NCBI RefSeq assembly: GCF_001194135.2
Contig: NC_068984.1
Location: 47,617,893-47,681,892 of the forward strand
Source of the DNA: Octopus bimaculoides
Lineage: Eukaryota
Length of the DNA: 64,000 bases
Direction of reading: 5' to 3'
Below are positions 1-12,913 of this stretch, in pieces (the stretch's first letter is position 1; each line of letters opens with the position of its first letter). Below the pieces are notes generated by a model. It was not told the origin of the DNA. It made no database searches and worked only from the letters and a program-made list of their open reading frames with translations. The translations under genes and the position numbers were made by a program.

Positions 1-382
1 TACATATACATGTGTGAGTAACACTCCAATATCTGGGTTATTAGAGAAATTATAATTTCGACATGCCGGGTTAAAAAGTTCGCATCACTGTTCTTAGCAT
101 GTGACTATTTTCCGAAAAACGTGTTACCACATATTGCCTACATGTAGGTGAACTGCCTAAAAACAATAGGAACACGTTCATTGGATCTGAGTCTATAAGG
201 CATGCGCCGCTGCAAGAATATCATCCAATAAACAACTTCGTAGTTATGCTGAAGAGTGGTCGAAAGTTTCCAAAAAGACGTCTTCAAAACGTGGTTTAGA
301 TTTCTATTTGAACATTGCATGTTATCAAGAATAATAAGAAAAAGCAAACTGAGACGGTTGATACTTTTCTATTTAAAGGTTG

Positions 383-755
383 AGTGGAGGCGCAATGGCC
401 CATTGGTTAGGGCAGTGGACTCGCGGTTTCGATTCCCAGACCGGGCGTTGTGAGTGTTTACTGAGCAAAACACCTAAAGCTCCACGAGACTCCGGCAGGG
501 GATGGTGGCGAACCNNNNNNNNNNCTGAGCAAAACACCTAAAGCTCCACGAGACTCCGGCAGGGGATGGTGGCGAACCCTGCTGTACTCTTGTCACATTG
601 TGTCACGCTGAATATCTCCGAGAACTACGTTAAGGGTAGACGTGTCTGTGGAATGCGCAGTCACTTGCACGTTAATTTCACGAGCAGGTTGTTCCGTTGT
701 TCGGATGAACTGGAACTCTCGACGTCGTAAGCGACGGAGTGCCAACAACAATAAA
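383..755 (+). mobile_element. tRNA-derived SINE, family A (internally deleted, spans small N gap)
   Basis: tRNA-like head ggcgcaatggcccattggttagggc...ggtttcgattcc, tail gtcgtaagcgacggagtgccaacaac; TSD ttaaaggttg at 373-382 and 756-765; homologous to copies at 11.6, 19.6, 28.6, 47.3 and 51.6 kb. Confidence 0.9.
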
Positions 756-1071
756 TTAAAGGTTGTACAAGCGAAACCGGTGGTTAATCTTCGGTAATGC
801 GGTGGAGCTTAATCTGATTTATTTCCTCAATCATTTTCGCCACCCACTATTATTGTAAAGCTATTTATTTCATCGATCCCCGACGCCGATAGAGTTACTG
901 TCAACAGAATTGAAGATCAGAGCTGTGTGACACAAACTACTCGATTAAGTTATCTAATCAAACCTTATGCATATTCGGTAACTCCACGATTGTTCTGTAC
1001 GACGTAGCATGGTAGGTAGAATTTATAATCGTTATACCAAGATGATAGTAATAATATCTATATCAATAATC

Positions 1072-1188
1072 CTCTACTATAGGCAGAAGACCTGGAATTT
1101 TGGAGGAGAGGGATAGTCGGTTATATCGACCCCAGGGCTTAACAAGTACTTAATTTATTGACCCCGAGAGGATGAAAGCCAAAGACGA
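1072..1188 (-). mobile_element. SINE family B fragment (core and tail)
   Basis: Reverse complement of the family B core ctttcatcctctcggggtcaataaattaagtac and of its tail. Confidence 0.75.
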
Positions 1189-1911
1189 TAGAAGGTGGAA
1201 GGGAGGGAGCACAAGTACAGATTCGTTGAGGGAGATTTACAATCGAGTGAATAAACTGCAAGTACTAAATAAACAGAATTTAGCGGAACAAACTTGATAC
1301 CGCAAAGGTTTCAGTCCCAGTCTCTGGCAGTCTACTACATTCTGCATATAATGCTGATTTATCTGAAGTAAAGTTATGGTCAAGATTTTTTTAGTTTTTT
1401 AAGGGAAACAATTAGGAAATAACCAATTAAACTGATGCCAGGATGCTACTAACTGGTTCTTATTTTATTAGCTCTATAGAAGAAAATAAACAGTAGTGTT
1501 TTGAAAGAGTGTTTGCGGAAGATTGACTCACGATCATTCAGAGTAAAGACTTCAAGCAACCCTTATTTCAGATAACCTCAAGATTAGATTTCAATAAGAA
1601 ATCAAGATGAGATTTCATATCCGTCTCCAGGGAAGTCCATACTCGATTTTATATTCCCTTACCGTCGTTTACATTACCGCCACCCACTCTCTGATTAAGC
1701 TAAAATTATTAAATCGTATGCTTACAACTCGTGATTTGTTTATCATATAAAACATGTGAAATATGAAATATTAAAAACTAGTCTCGAATTTTAAGAATAT
1801 ACGAAACATAAAAATAACTCGATTAATAGTTCATAACGAACAGTGTATAGTATATAAATACAAAATATACATAGCTGATTAAAGAGAGGAAGAATGGGAA
1901 AACCAAATATA

Positions 1912-2538
1912 CAGGGTGGCCACAAAGTCACGCATCATGGGAGATGTCAAATACGCTTTATCAACAATGAAGTAGGTAATACATTGCAAATGCTCAAATC
2001 GTTGGCCATGTAGCTCTAAACAAGTGTCCAGACGGAATTTGAAATTGCGATGAATCATCTCAAATAGCTCTTTATTGCTGCTGACTTGTTCACACACTTC
2101 AACAATTCTTTGAAGATGTCCTTGGTTACAAATCTTTTGAGAATACACAAGGGATTCAATGTAGCCCCAGAAGAAAAAAGTTCATGGGGGTTAAATCTGG
2201 TGACCGAGGTGCCCATTCAACTGGCCCGGACGACCAAGCCAGCTCCTTCGAAAATGTTCATTTAGAAAATCACTAACCTGCAATGCATAATGGGGCGGAG
2301 CAGTCCAGATACAAACCATCTGTTACAGGGCCCTCAAAATAAAATGGCCCAATTACTTGATTGTGCCAAATCCCAAACCACGCCATTCGCTTACCCTCCG
2401 CCTTATTGAGTCTCTGCTTCCATCCAATGAGGATTGGTTTGTGAGTAATATCGGCAGTTGTGAAAAGAGATTTTTTAAAAAGGGAATGTTAGAAATTTCA
2501 CATATTGCAGGTTCGTACTTGACTTTATGGCCACTCTG
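1912..2538 (-). mobile_element. Internally deleted Tc1/mariner-superfamily DNA transposon with transposase C-terminal remnant
   Basis: TIRs tacagggtggccacaaagtc / gactttatggccactctgta (18/20) with flanking TA; minus strand reads WAPRSPDLTPMNFF..WGYIESLVYSQK...FKFRLDTCLELHGQRFEHL, typical of IS630-Tc1-mariner C-termini. Confidence 0.9.
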
Positions 2539-2765
2539 TACAGATTATTTATGAGTCGATTAAAAGAAATCTTAACAGTGAGAATTATTTTCATCATCAT
2601 GAAAATAATAATACTATGACAATCTTTAGATCCAAATTAACGTGGATGTATTGTTAGTGCGCCGAATACTGCGTTATTTACCCTGAGAAAGAAATACCTT
2701 TGATTATAAGATCAACCAAGACTGGTCTTTGTCGAAATAGCTGCAACAATTTTATAGCTGTGCTA

Positions 2766-3037
2766 AGGCGGTGAGCTGGCAGAATCGTTAGCACGCCGGC
2801 TGAAATGCTTAACGATATTTCAGGCGGTGAGCTGGCAGAATCGTTAGCACGCCGGCTGAAATGCTTAACGATATTTCGTCTGTCTTTACATTCTGAGTTC
2901 AAATTCCACCGAGGTCGGCTTTGCCTTTCATTCTTTCGGGGTTGATAAATTAAGTACCAGTTACACACTGGGGTCGATCTAATCGATTGGCCCCCTTCCC
3001 CTAAAAAACTTCGGGCCTTGTGCCTAGAGTAGAAAAG
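2766..3037 (+). mobile_element. SINE family B with tandem duplication of its 5' ~55 bp
   Basis: Head ggcggtgagctggcagaatcgttagcacgcc present twice; core tttgcctttcattctttcggggttgataaattaagtacc; near-TSD aattttatagctgtgct / aattttacagctgagct (15/17). Confidence 0.9.
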
Positions 3038-4845
3038 AATTTTACAGCTGAGCTTTGCATATGATAATGATTCCTTGTATCATAAATGAGATTGAAAAAT
3101 ATTATAGGGAAACATATAACCAATTGTAACGATTTCAATACTTAAGGGGGCAAACTTAAAGGGATACTTCACTGAACGTCAGTGACGCCGACGTTAGCGG
3201 GATTTTTACTTGGGACATAATTAATTCTGCAAAGCACTCAATCTGCCATTCTATCGCCGTCCCTTCGGGAAAATAAAAAATATCTTGAAAACTGAATAGA
3301 TGAGAATATAACGGGGGCTGCATATTTAGTAGAAAGTTTCTAGTACGCTTTCACGTCGACATATGTATATAATGTGCTATCGTATGTATGTATACACATA
3401 CATACAAGGAAAATACTAGCACTAAGCCTCACATATTTTAGGAGATGCTTTATACCACAAAAATCTTTTCAAGCATTCCATTCCCTGGTTTTACTGGAAG
3501 CCATGTGGAGCAAACACAAGATATTATTTTCGTTGTGGCATAACTGACGGTCATCCAAGAGTGATCTAAGTCTTTTGCTTTTCAGCTTGACATCATTTTC
3601 ATGTTTGGAACTTTTTTTAAAAATTCTTTTCTGAGAGAGGGGGTACTTACCATTTACGCATTTACGTTCTTTGGAAAGGGGGCTTATTTTACCGTTTTAC
3701 ATTCAATTATAGAATATATACAGCTGTACTACACAGCTGTGATTTTACAGTCGCGCACTTGTGTGTGTTTGGGTTGTATAAGCGTATATATACATGCATG
3801 ATTGCATACATTCACGCAACATACATAACAGCAGAGATAAATACACACGATTATACATACATATATGATTGATCAAACCACTAGACATAGCAGCCAAATG
3901 AAGCTCTGCCGTCTTATAGATGGACGGATACATTACATATCTGATAATGTAGTCGTAGATAGTCGCTCCGAAAAATCTCAGTCAAAACAGTTACAATACC
4001 TTTGATCTTAGGTGTGCTTCAACATGTTTGAACCTGAAGCAACACAAGTAAGAGAGTAATAGTCGCAGCGACAGTGAAACAATCGGATAGATTCTGTCAT
4101 TATACGGTTTGCTAATAAATTCTAAGTTCGATCATATCATACTTTGGGCATTTTTTTTCTATTTAGTGACAGACCATTTTTTTTTTTTTTTTACAATATT
4201 TTAGTTCATCTGGCTCATGGAGAGAATTGATCATTCTGATCAAAAGCAACTGACTAATTCACTGCCAATATAAAAAAAGCCATTCCTAAGAAAACTCAAT
4301 AATCATGAGAGATATTTTAAAGAACTAAGGATGTGACACGTTTGGGCCTTGAAAGCATGACAAAATAAGTCGTCCTTTTATTATCTCATTCCAATTCCAG
4401 TAATCGATATAGAAAATTTTCCAGATCGAGTAATCAATATAGAAATTCCTTCACTTGCCGCTTCCTGTCATTTCTCTTAAGATACGAAAACAAAACAGAT
4501 GTACTGGCGAGTTTCTTCTCCCATTTGGGCTCGTTAGATTAAGAGTAGAGAATGTTAGGATATAGTGTGCCAACGGTAGGTAGGCCTAGAAGATTTGGAT
4601 TTTTAATAATAATGGTTTCAAATTTTGGCACATATTTTTAGAATAGGATTTAGCCAATACAACCCCTAACAAATTATACTGCATTTTTGAAAATGTGGAA
4701 TAGCGTTTCGTTTTTTAACAAAAAAAATTCTACAGAACATATTTTCGTAAAGACAACTCAAAACTATCACCATGAAATTGTTAATTTGTAGTCTTCTCAA
4801 AAATTTCAGTCTTTGTGCTTATAGTGGAAAGGATTATCATCATTT

Positions 4846-5462
4846 AGGTGGCGAAATGGCAAAATCGTTAGCACCCTGAGAAAAAATGCTTATCGGCATT
4901 TTGCCCGTCGTTGCGTTCTGACTTCACATGCTACCGAGGCTGACATTGCTTTTAATCCTTTCGGTGTAGATAAAATAAGTACCAGTTGAACGTTGAGGTC
5001 TATGTAATCAATTTAACTCATGCTTCAAAATTACTGGCCTTGTGCCACAGTTTGAATTATTAATATTATTAGCAAGGAGGCGAGTTGGTAGAAACAATGG
5101 CACGCCGGGCGAAATGCTTAGCGGTATTTCGTCTGACTTTACGTTCTGAGTTCAAATTCCGCCGAGATCGACTTTGCCTTTCACCATTTCGGGGTCGATT
5201 AGATAAGTACCAGTTACGCACTGGGATTGATGTAATCGACTTAATCTCTTTATCTATCCGTGTTTGTCCTTTCTATGTTTAGCCCCCTGTGGGCAATAAA
5301 GAAATAAATTATTATCATTATCATTTTTGCTATTATATCCTTACCGCACCGGACAAAATGCTTAATAGCATTTCTTCCGGTTTTTACATTGATATACTGA
5401 CCGAGATAGATTTTGTCTTTCATTCTTTCGAGGTCGATACAATAAGTACCAGTCAAGTACTA
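4846..5462 (+). mobile_element. Three head-to-tail SINE family B copies (about 4846-5058, 5074-5306, 5345-5462)
   Basis: Repeated head/core motifs; the middle copy carries an alternative tail ...tgtcctttctatgtttagccccctgtgggcaataaagaaata. Confidence 0.85.
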
Positions 5463-6954
5463 AGGTTTATATAGTTTATTTACCGATTGTTTATAAGTAC
5501 ACAATTGTTTAACATATCCATAGACTCGGTTGGAACTCAGTGTGCTTCTAAACAGAGTGTAGCTTATCATAAATATCGAAACACTCGACAATTTATACTA
5601 TAATAATTCTATCAAATCCAGGCACAAAACTAACAATATTAGTCAGAGGGAATTGGGTGATTGCATCCTTTCTCGTAGTTATCTGGTACTTATTTTAACA
5701 ACCTCGACAACGGCGGTGATTCACGTTCGAGTTCATTTCAATTACGTCACTATTGCCTGTGAGTAAAAAAGTAAGGATGCGTCAATGATTATTCGAACAG
5801 CCCAAAAATAGAGATAACCCATTGAGGGTTTCCTTCTAAGCACGTAAGGAAAATCGCTAATAATTCTCACACAGGTATGTTCAATGGCTAAATGAAAATT
5901 TACAGTAATATAAGAATGCATTTTTCAAGCCAGGATTTTCAACTGAAGAGCAGTGAATAGGAAACTCACGCACAAATACATACATGCGTTGAAACAATTA
6001 TGCACACGTCTGCATGTGTGCATAAAACTAAATAAGAAAGCTTTTACTCTGTCTTACGACTTGACCAGCAGGATATAACAGTCAAATCTTCCTTAAATAA
6101 GACTCTACCGCCCTAAATAAATAAGAGCTCACTGACAGTATAGTTTCTCATACAAAATGATAGGGGTTGATGTCAAATGAATAGATGTTTGCGGTTACAA
6201 ACATACGCACTCAAGCCAACGTGATTTGACCTGCCGAGAATTATCAGCCACGCTCCCTCAAATACCCCCTAATCATCTCAAAAACAAAACTAAAGGAGTG
6301 AGCATGTAACTGCTGAAATAAAATGCGATAGTGTCTACAATGTCTTCCATCATAGATCAGCTCAATCAGGACTAACCTAGGGTTGAACAACAACAACAAA
6401 TGCTGTACGCACACGCGCAATCATTCATTTATTCCCACACACTCGCCCACACGCTTTCAGTATGTCTCAATACATTCAAGAATGCTATTTATTTTCTCTT
6501 TCACATAATCAAGTTGATGACATTCTATCAAATTCTACCCCCACCACGATCTACCCTACTAACACTTCATCATCACCTCCACGACCATACCATTATCACA
6601 GTTTAACCCATCCCCAGCAATTTATCAGCTTTATAGCGTTCCGATATGCTTTACTGCTGAAACCCCAGTAAACGCCATTACTGCGCCTTAAGTAGGCTCA
6701 GGAATGTTAATGGACAAAAATAAGATGTGCCCTGTTGTTTTTAACTAAAACATTTTTGGTAAATAAATAAGTAATTCATCAAATATTATCATCTTCACCA
6801 TCATCAGTCTCAGAGAAACATCATCGCAATTGTCGACAATATTACTGTCAGGGTTTCGCACAATACGCATGTATGTTTAAGACGGATATACGATTTCTAA
6901 AACACTTTTTCTCACCAAATCCTCATTTTATCACTCACACACACACAATCTTTA

Positions 6955-7002
<48 letters not shown>

Positions 7003-8473
7003 TTCTTAACGCTTCCTTCTTAAGTCGAAGAGTTTCACTACTGATAACTTCACATTCATTGTTACAGTTTAGCTTAGAACTGCATTGGTGGACTCCTATA
7101 ATCAGAAACTTTCCAACCATTACTATTCAATCGTTTGCATCGAGAACTACATCATCCAAAATGTACTTCGCATTTAAAAAAAAAAGTTATGGGTGTGGGT
7201 GACATGGGTCTTTTGATTTTTTGAAAATTAAATTATTACTACTAGTATGGAAAACAGTATCTATATTCGCTTACATTGCGTTCCTATCAACATCTTATTC
7301 ATAATTATTCAAGAAAGAAAACCCTTTAAATGTATTTAAGCCTGATGTAGGTGAACATTTTTTTTACGAGAGACTACAATGAGACGTACATCGATCTTAA
7401 TAGAGCAAATATGCAAACCACAACTGAAAAACCTAAAAGAAAAATGATTAATGGTAAGCTAAATCCTGATACACTTAGTTTTATAAAAACACAAAAAATA
7501 AGCAATATTTTAAGCTTATCGATGGAGCAACTAGATTGTAATACGATTGAAATAACAATCAAATGCCCCTCAAATCAAACTATTATCTTCACAAATAACC
7601 GATACATTGGATAATGTGATCTTACATACACTGTACCTAAAAAGAAGAAAGGGAAGGGGAATCAACTTACGGCTTGAAAAAAGTTGATCATATTACAGAA
7701 ATCTTTACAGAGGATACCTGCTCAAAAACGCAGTGAGATCCGAACACCGAACCATGCGGTTGCTTGTTACTTAACAATCTTAATCACACGGCCATGTTTG
7801 GGCAAGATTTGCCGATAGATAACGTCGAATGCTGAAAGCATTGGTGACATTTCGATTCTGCTTGAACAAATTCCTTTTCGGGAATTGCCTCTAGGAATCT
7901 TGAATCCATCGACGCTATTTTTCACAAACTGCTATATAAAATAAGTGAAGTAAGCTATATAAGTATGCAATATTAATTAGGCCAACGTGAAACAATTGAT
8001 CTACAGCACTTGACATGACGATGGAGGTTTCGAGTTCATGCTTCGGAGCAATGTTTTAAGCAAACGTCTTCTATCATCGTCTTGATTTTACGAATACTTT
8101 GCGAGTGAAATTTGATAGGCGGAAACTATAGAGCAGTGTGTGTGTGTGTGTGAGTGACAAGATGAAGATTATGGTGATGCGTTCACACAGGATTATAATA
8201 AAACGAAAACAATATTCAATACTGCTGAATTGAGCTGTATAACATTCAATCAAAATCGAGTCTATGCGAGTCGTTAGATGAATAAGTTGCTTTTATTCTT
8301 CCTGCAAAAAGACAAAGAAAATCTTCGAGGACTGACTCACATGAACTCAGTTTGAATAAGTTTTGTATGCCGTATATTGTGTAATAAGCGATTTTTGGAC
8401 ACGATTTTAATCGACTATTATCAAAGATTCTACATCTGAGGAACTAAAATTTCATGTACAGTACAATCTAAAA

Positions 8474-8780
8474 CAGTGGTTCTCAAACTTTTCAAGCTGC
8501 TGCCCCCTTGACACCCAGACCACATTCCTAGTTCCCCTACCCCAACTAACCATCACAAACATAGACCTCTTTCTGAAGCAAATTCAAAGCAACTGTATTT
8601 CACAAATAAAACTTAACCTAATGAACCCATTATTTTGTTGTTTTTTATGAATCGCTACACCATTATCGACCCACTTTTTAAATCGCTACCCTATTATTGC
8701 CCCACTTTCTTTTAAAGTCCCTTTGGAACTTTCCACTGCTTCGGGGGAGGGGGGAATACCGCCCACTTTGGGAACCACTC
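8474..8780. mobile_element. hAT-type MITE
   Basis: TIRs cagtggttctcaaa / tttgggaaccactc; perfect 8-bp TSD atctaaaa at 8466-8473 and 8781-8788. Confidence 0.9.
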
Positions 8781-9084
8781 ATCTAAAATACTGTACGAAG
8801 AGCAGAACCCCAAATGTTCTGCTAAGTGAATAAAAACGCCAAAAATGAGTTAAAGTAATAATTATGTCTTATCATAATCATTAGGCCTTAAATTTGTAGA
8901 AAAGACTTGGTCAGTTAAATGGACCCTAGTTTTTACTGGTATTTTATTTTATCGTCCATGGAGCGATAAAAGGAAAAGTTGAGCTAGGAGGGATTTGAAA
9001 ACAATAAATAGCTAGAAAAAAAAATGCTACTAGAAATTTTGTTCGACTATTTAACGATCACCCTAATGAATTGTTGCAATATTT

Positions 9085-9296
9085 CTTTCTACTATAGGCA
9101 CAAGGCCTGAAATTGCAGAGGAGAGGGTAGTCGATTACATCGACCCCAATGCTCAGCTGGTACTTATTTCATCGATCACGAGAGAATGAAAGGTAAAGTC
9201 AAACTCTGTGGAATATAAATTCAAGACACAAAGCCGGAAGTAATGCTGTAAAGCATTTTGTCCGGCATAGTTACGATTCTGTCAGCTCGCCGCCTT
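9085..9296 (-). mobile_element. SINE family B
   Basis: Full reverse-complement head-core-tail; near-TSD atgaattgttgcaata / atgaatttctgcaata; a more decayed copy lies just upstream at about 8885-9062. Confidence 0.85.
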
Positions 9297-9559
9297 ATGA
9301 ATTTCTGCAATAATAAATATTCCGCATTGATATCAAATCCCAAATCATGATAGTTTTTTTTTAAAAAGGCAGGTTAGCTCATAAGATTTTACTCGTGTCA
9401 TCTAGATTTGTTGAAGTCACTCATAAATTACTGCATATTAGCTGATGCCTTTTAAATATTTATTAATTCAATACAGTTTAAAAGCTATAAATATTTAACA
9501 CAGTAAATTATTCCTTTAGTTATATTTATGCACAGAAAACAGAATGTATTGATGCATAG

Positions 9560-10010
9560 GAAACAGAAATAGAAATTTAATCTGGCTTTAAATTTCAGTT
9601 TACAAAAGTTCATAAAATCCTGCAAAATTACACTGCTTTTCATCTTAGCTAGATCAACTGGCAGTTTGTGTGCAGTTTTCGCTCTCTGCCAAAATATTAA
9701 ATATTGAACGCAGTGCACCCTCAGTGCACCATCTGAATATTGTCTTAACATCCAGAATTCTTCTCATCGTTTTTTTTTTTTCGTGCTGTTCGGTATATTT
9801 ATTTTTCAGTTCTGACCACTCATCTCTGATATCGCATTGTTTTCATTTATTGCTTCTATCGAATTGACTAAAGTTTGTTTGATACCATTTTTTTACAGTC
9901 AAGTTTCTCTGAAACACCAAATTCGTTTGTTGTTACAAAACTATATGTGTTTTGGCAACTTCAATAATCTTTAATTTCAATGCTATTTTACATTTTTTCT
10001 GCGATGAACT
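9560..10010 (-). mobile_element. Degraded pogo/Tigger-like transposase N-terminal fragment
   Basis: Frameshifted minus-strand reading gives YSIEIK..IIEVAKTH...EFGVSEKL, resembling the N-terminal DNA-binding region of pogo-family transposases; no TIRs found. Confidence 0.5.
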
Positions 10011-10150
10011 TTCTTACAAGTAGCTAACAATTCATCAGTGCATTCATGAGTTAGTGATATACAGAAGCTAATAACTACCCTATCAAGTAAGATTACACCT
10101 TCATGTTCCGCGGACTTGTATGCAATCTCCTCTATTACACAAGCTTATTT

Positions 10151-10455
10151 AGACCTCCTTCGGTTACGATTGATCGTGGAAAGCACCTAGAGAGTTCACC
10201 TCCGAGGAAGAGCAGCAATTAACTGTGCATACCAGCCTCCCCTCCCCACGCTACTGATGTTATCCAAGGGAAAGCCAAAGGCCAACACAGCTTGGCACCA
10301 GTGACGTCGGAACTCATTTCTACAGACGAATGAACTGGAGCAACGTGAAATGAAATGTCTTGCTCACGAACACAACACTCAGCCCGATTCGGGAATTGAA
10401 CTCATTGCCTCGCGATTGTGAGCCCGACGCTCTAACCACTGAGTCATGCGTCTTA
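10151..10455 (-). mobile_element. tRNA-derived SINE, family D
   Basis: Reverse complement of a tRNA-like head (cagtggttagagcgtcgggctcacaatc...tcaattcc), core ttgctccagttcattcg; a homologous copy lies at about 25835-26095. Confidence 0.75.
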
Positions 10456-11618
10456 GTGAATAATAACACTAGTAACTGGGGTTTCATTGCATTAACAAAT
10501 GTTACATTTCTTTGCTTATCTAGCATTGATTTCACCGCTTTAGAAATGTATGTTCACATCTTGCGAACTATAGAGTTATATAGTATATTCTAGTATGTAC
10601 TATATAATATAGTAGAAAGGATTATTATTATTTTTATTATTATTATTATCAGTAGTAGTAGTAGTAGTACAAATTAGTCAGTGCAATAGTGCAATGAATG
10701 CTGGAGGGGGAACGCAGTATTTATTGCCAATAAATCAGAGCTCGATGCAAACGGCGTCGAAGCTTAATAACATCAAGCCCATGAATTAAGGTCATTTAGG
10801 GTCATCAGGAAACATCGGTGATATGCGGAAAATATAAATGGCGAACACTTAATCTGATAATATATAAAAATTGTTAATGCTAAATCTAAGTAAACTCGAG
10901 AGACTAAGACTATATTAAGAGACGTTAGCAGTCAATGTTATTAGTTTGACGTTCAATGAAGAATGAGAAGAGTAAAAGTGAGTACATTACGTTTCGCACA
11001 TATATTCTTCAAATATAAAAAGTCAAAGAGAAAATCATGGGGAAAATATTTTTCTGTTTGAATATAAACTGTCTCTTTGTGTATCGACCACATCCTGGAC
11101 ATAACCCGCATGATTTTGCAATTCTAGTGGGAACTGTAAGATTTACGAATACTGCTTCTACTGATTCATTAATAATAGATGTATAAATTGTTGTTTTCTC
11201 TTTTATGTTCCAAGAGGTTTTATTTTTGATGATGAGGTTCGTCAAAATAGTCCAAGAGTTAATCATCCCCTTACACACTGTGACTTTTCGTGCACGAGAA
11301 TCTGAACTCAATAATGTGCAGGCATCACCAGCCGTTTAAACTGTTTTCCTTTCACCAGTGCTGCTGCTGTCATACAGTGACAACATACAACACATGCGGT
11401 AGGTATTTAGAGCTTAGATGAAGCAATATTGGAGCTTTTAGATGGTGGTGGTTCGACCTGCTAGAAGCAAAAGTGAAATCATTCTTAAATCACACTTAGC
11501 CATCTTTAAAAAAAAAGAAGTGAAGGACATACTAGATAATGTCATCTTAGTTACCTCGTAAAAAAAGACGGAAAGGTCATGACTAATGCTTTTGATCATA
11601 TGGCTGCTCGATCAGAGT

Positions 11619-12002
11619 TGTTGGCACTCCGTCGCTTACGACGTCGAGGGTTCCAGTCGATCCGATCAACGGAACAGCCTACTCGTGAAATTAATGTGCA
11701 AGTGGCTGAGCACTCCACAGACACGTGTATCCGTAATGTAGTTCTCAGGGATATTCAGCGTGACACAGTGTGACAAGGCTGACTCTTTGAAATGCAGGTA
11801 CAACAGAAACAGGAAGAATGAGTGAGAGAAAGTTGTGGTGGAAGAGTACAGCAGGGTTCGCCATCATCCCCTGCCGGAGCCTCGTGGAGCTTTAGGTGTT
11901 TTCGCTCAATAAACACTCACAACGCCCGGTCTGGGAATCGAAACCGCGATCCTATGACCGCGAGTCCGCTGCCCTAACCACTGGGTCATTGCGCCTCCAC
12001 GT
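11619..12002 (-). mobile_element. SINE family A, full length
   Basis: Complete head to tail; TSD tcgatcagagt at 11608-11618 and 12003-12013. Confidence 0.95.
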
Positions 12003-12737
12003 TCGATCAGAGTAGGTATAAGCTAAACAGAAACTTATAACGATCGAAGTTCTGTTTCGTGATAATCATATATCGACAGATAAAGTAACTAACTCCGTTT
12101 TAAAAATATTTTTTCTTAATCATACTGACCTATACTAAGCAGTCTTGTCTTTCTAAAAAGTTTCGCATTTCGCATCTAAAACTTCACATTCCCTTGGATT
12201 AGAGGCGTCGTCAAGGAGGTCCAAAATAGGGGAGGGAAAAAAATCTAATGAATGAAGAAGAATTCTGGTATCAGAAGTTCCAAAGAAAGTGGAATGTTGA
12301 AAGAGAGCCAAGTGGAATGCAGACGTGGTGTCCCTGATAACAAAATTGTGTGGGGGATGACAACGTAATATAATAACAGCTGTGAATGAAAGATGGCTAT
12401 TAGATAGACGTACAGATAGAAATATATGGAAATTATATTATAGAAAAATATGTAATTCGTGTATCAAATATATGGGGTATTTTTTAGTAACTGCATGGAA
12501 GAGAGTGGGGAGAGGGAGAGATACTAACGGAGAGGAAGAAGGGAAGGCATAAATTATACTTGAGAATATCATTTACCAATAGTAAATTGATGAATGACTG
12601 AGACAGATGAGGATACCAACAGTGCCTGAATATCTTTGTGTATGCTATAGCCAATGTGTTTATTGTGTGAACACTGTGTGAATGTGTGTATATATATATA
12701 TATATATATTTTTAAATAACGTCGACCACTAACGTGG

Positions 12738-12913
12738 ACAATTAATGCGCTAGAAATAGATCACATTTTGTGTCTATTAAGACCTAAAAAGTTCTCAACA
12801 TGAAATATAGCAGCATACCAAAAACGTTTTGGGTATGCTGCCATATTTCATGTTGAGAACTTTTTAGGTCTTAATAGACACAAAATGTGATCTATTACTA
12901 GCGCATTAACTGT
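12738..12913. repeat. Near-perfect 176-bp palindrome (fold-back/MITE-like)
   Basis: Arms centred on aaaac|gtttt (12825/12826) with only a few mismatches; right arm runs into an N gap. Confidence 0.9.

Noticed and set aside
383-460. tRNA-like sequences at SINE heads
   Set aside because: They continue into SINE bodies and lack a complete cloverleaf, so they are not called as tRNA genes.
484-570. Duplicated SINE segment either side of a 10-N gap
   Set aside because: Typical unmerged contig overlap; not evidence of a real tandem duplication.
3156-3200. ttaaagggatacttcac resembling a TTAA-type (Kolobok-like) terminus, followed by a short palindrome
   Set aside because: No matching opposite terminus found.
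3990-4055. 36-nt plus-strand exon-like segment VCFNMFEPEATQ with an imperfect hairpin
   Set aside because: No linked exons or homology; could be chance.
7351-7614. 87-aa AT-rich ORF
   Set aside because: No recognisable motif; starts at GTG; composition like background.
7770-7935. Minus-strand 54-codon open frame after a possible acceptor, phase-compatible with MPCKEDEPLKF
   Set aside because: Runs into a SINE head without a good donor; no homology.
10789-10804. AGGTCA-ttta-GGGTCA direct repeat (DR4-like nuclear receptor element)
   Set aside because: Single short motif about 44 kb from the SDR exon; no supporting evidence of function.
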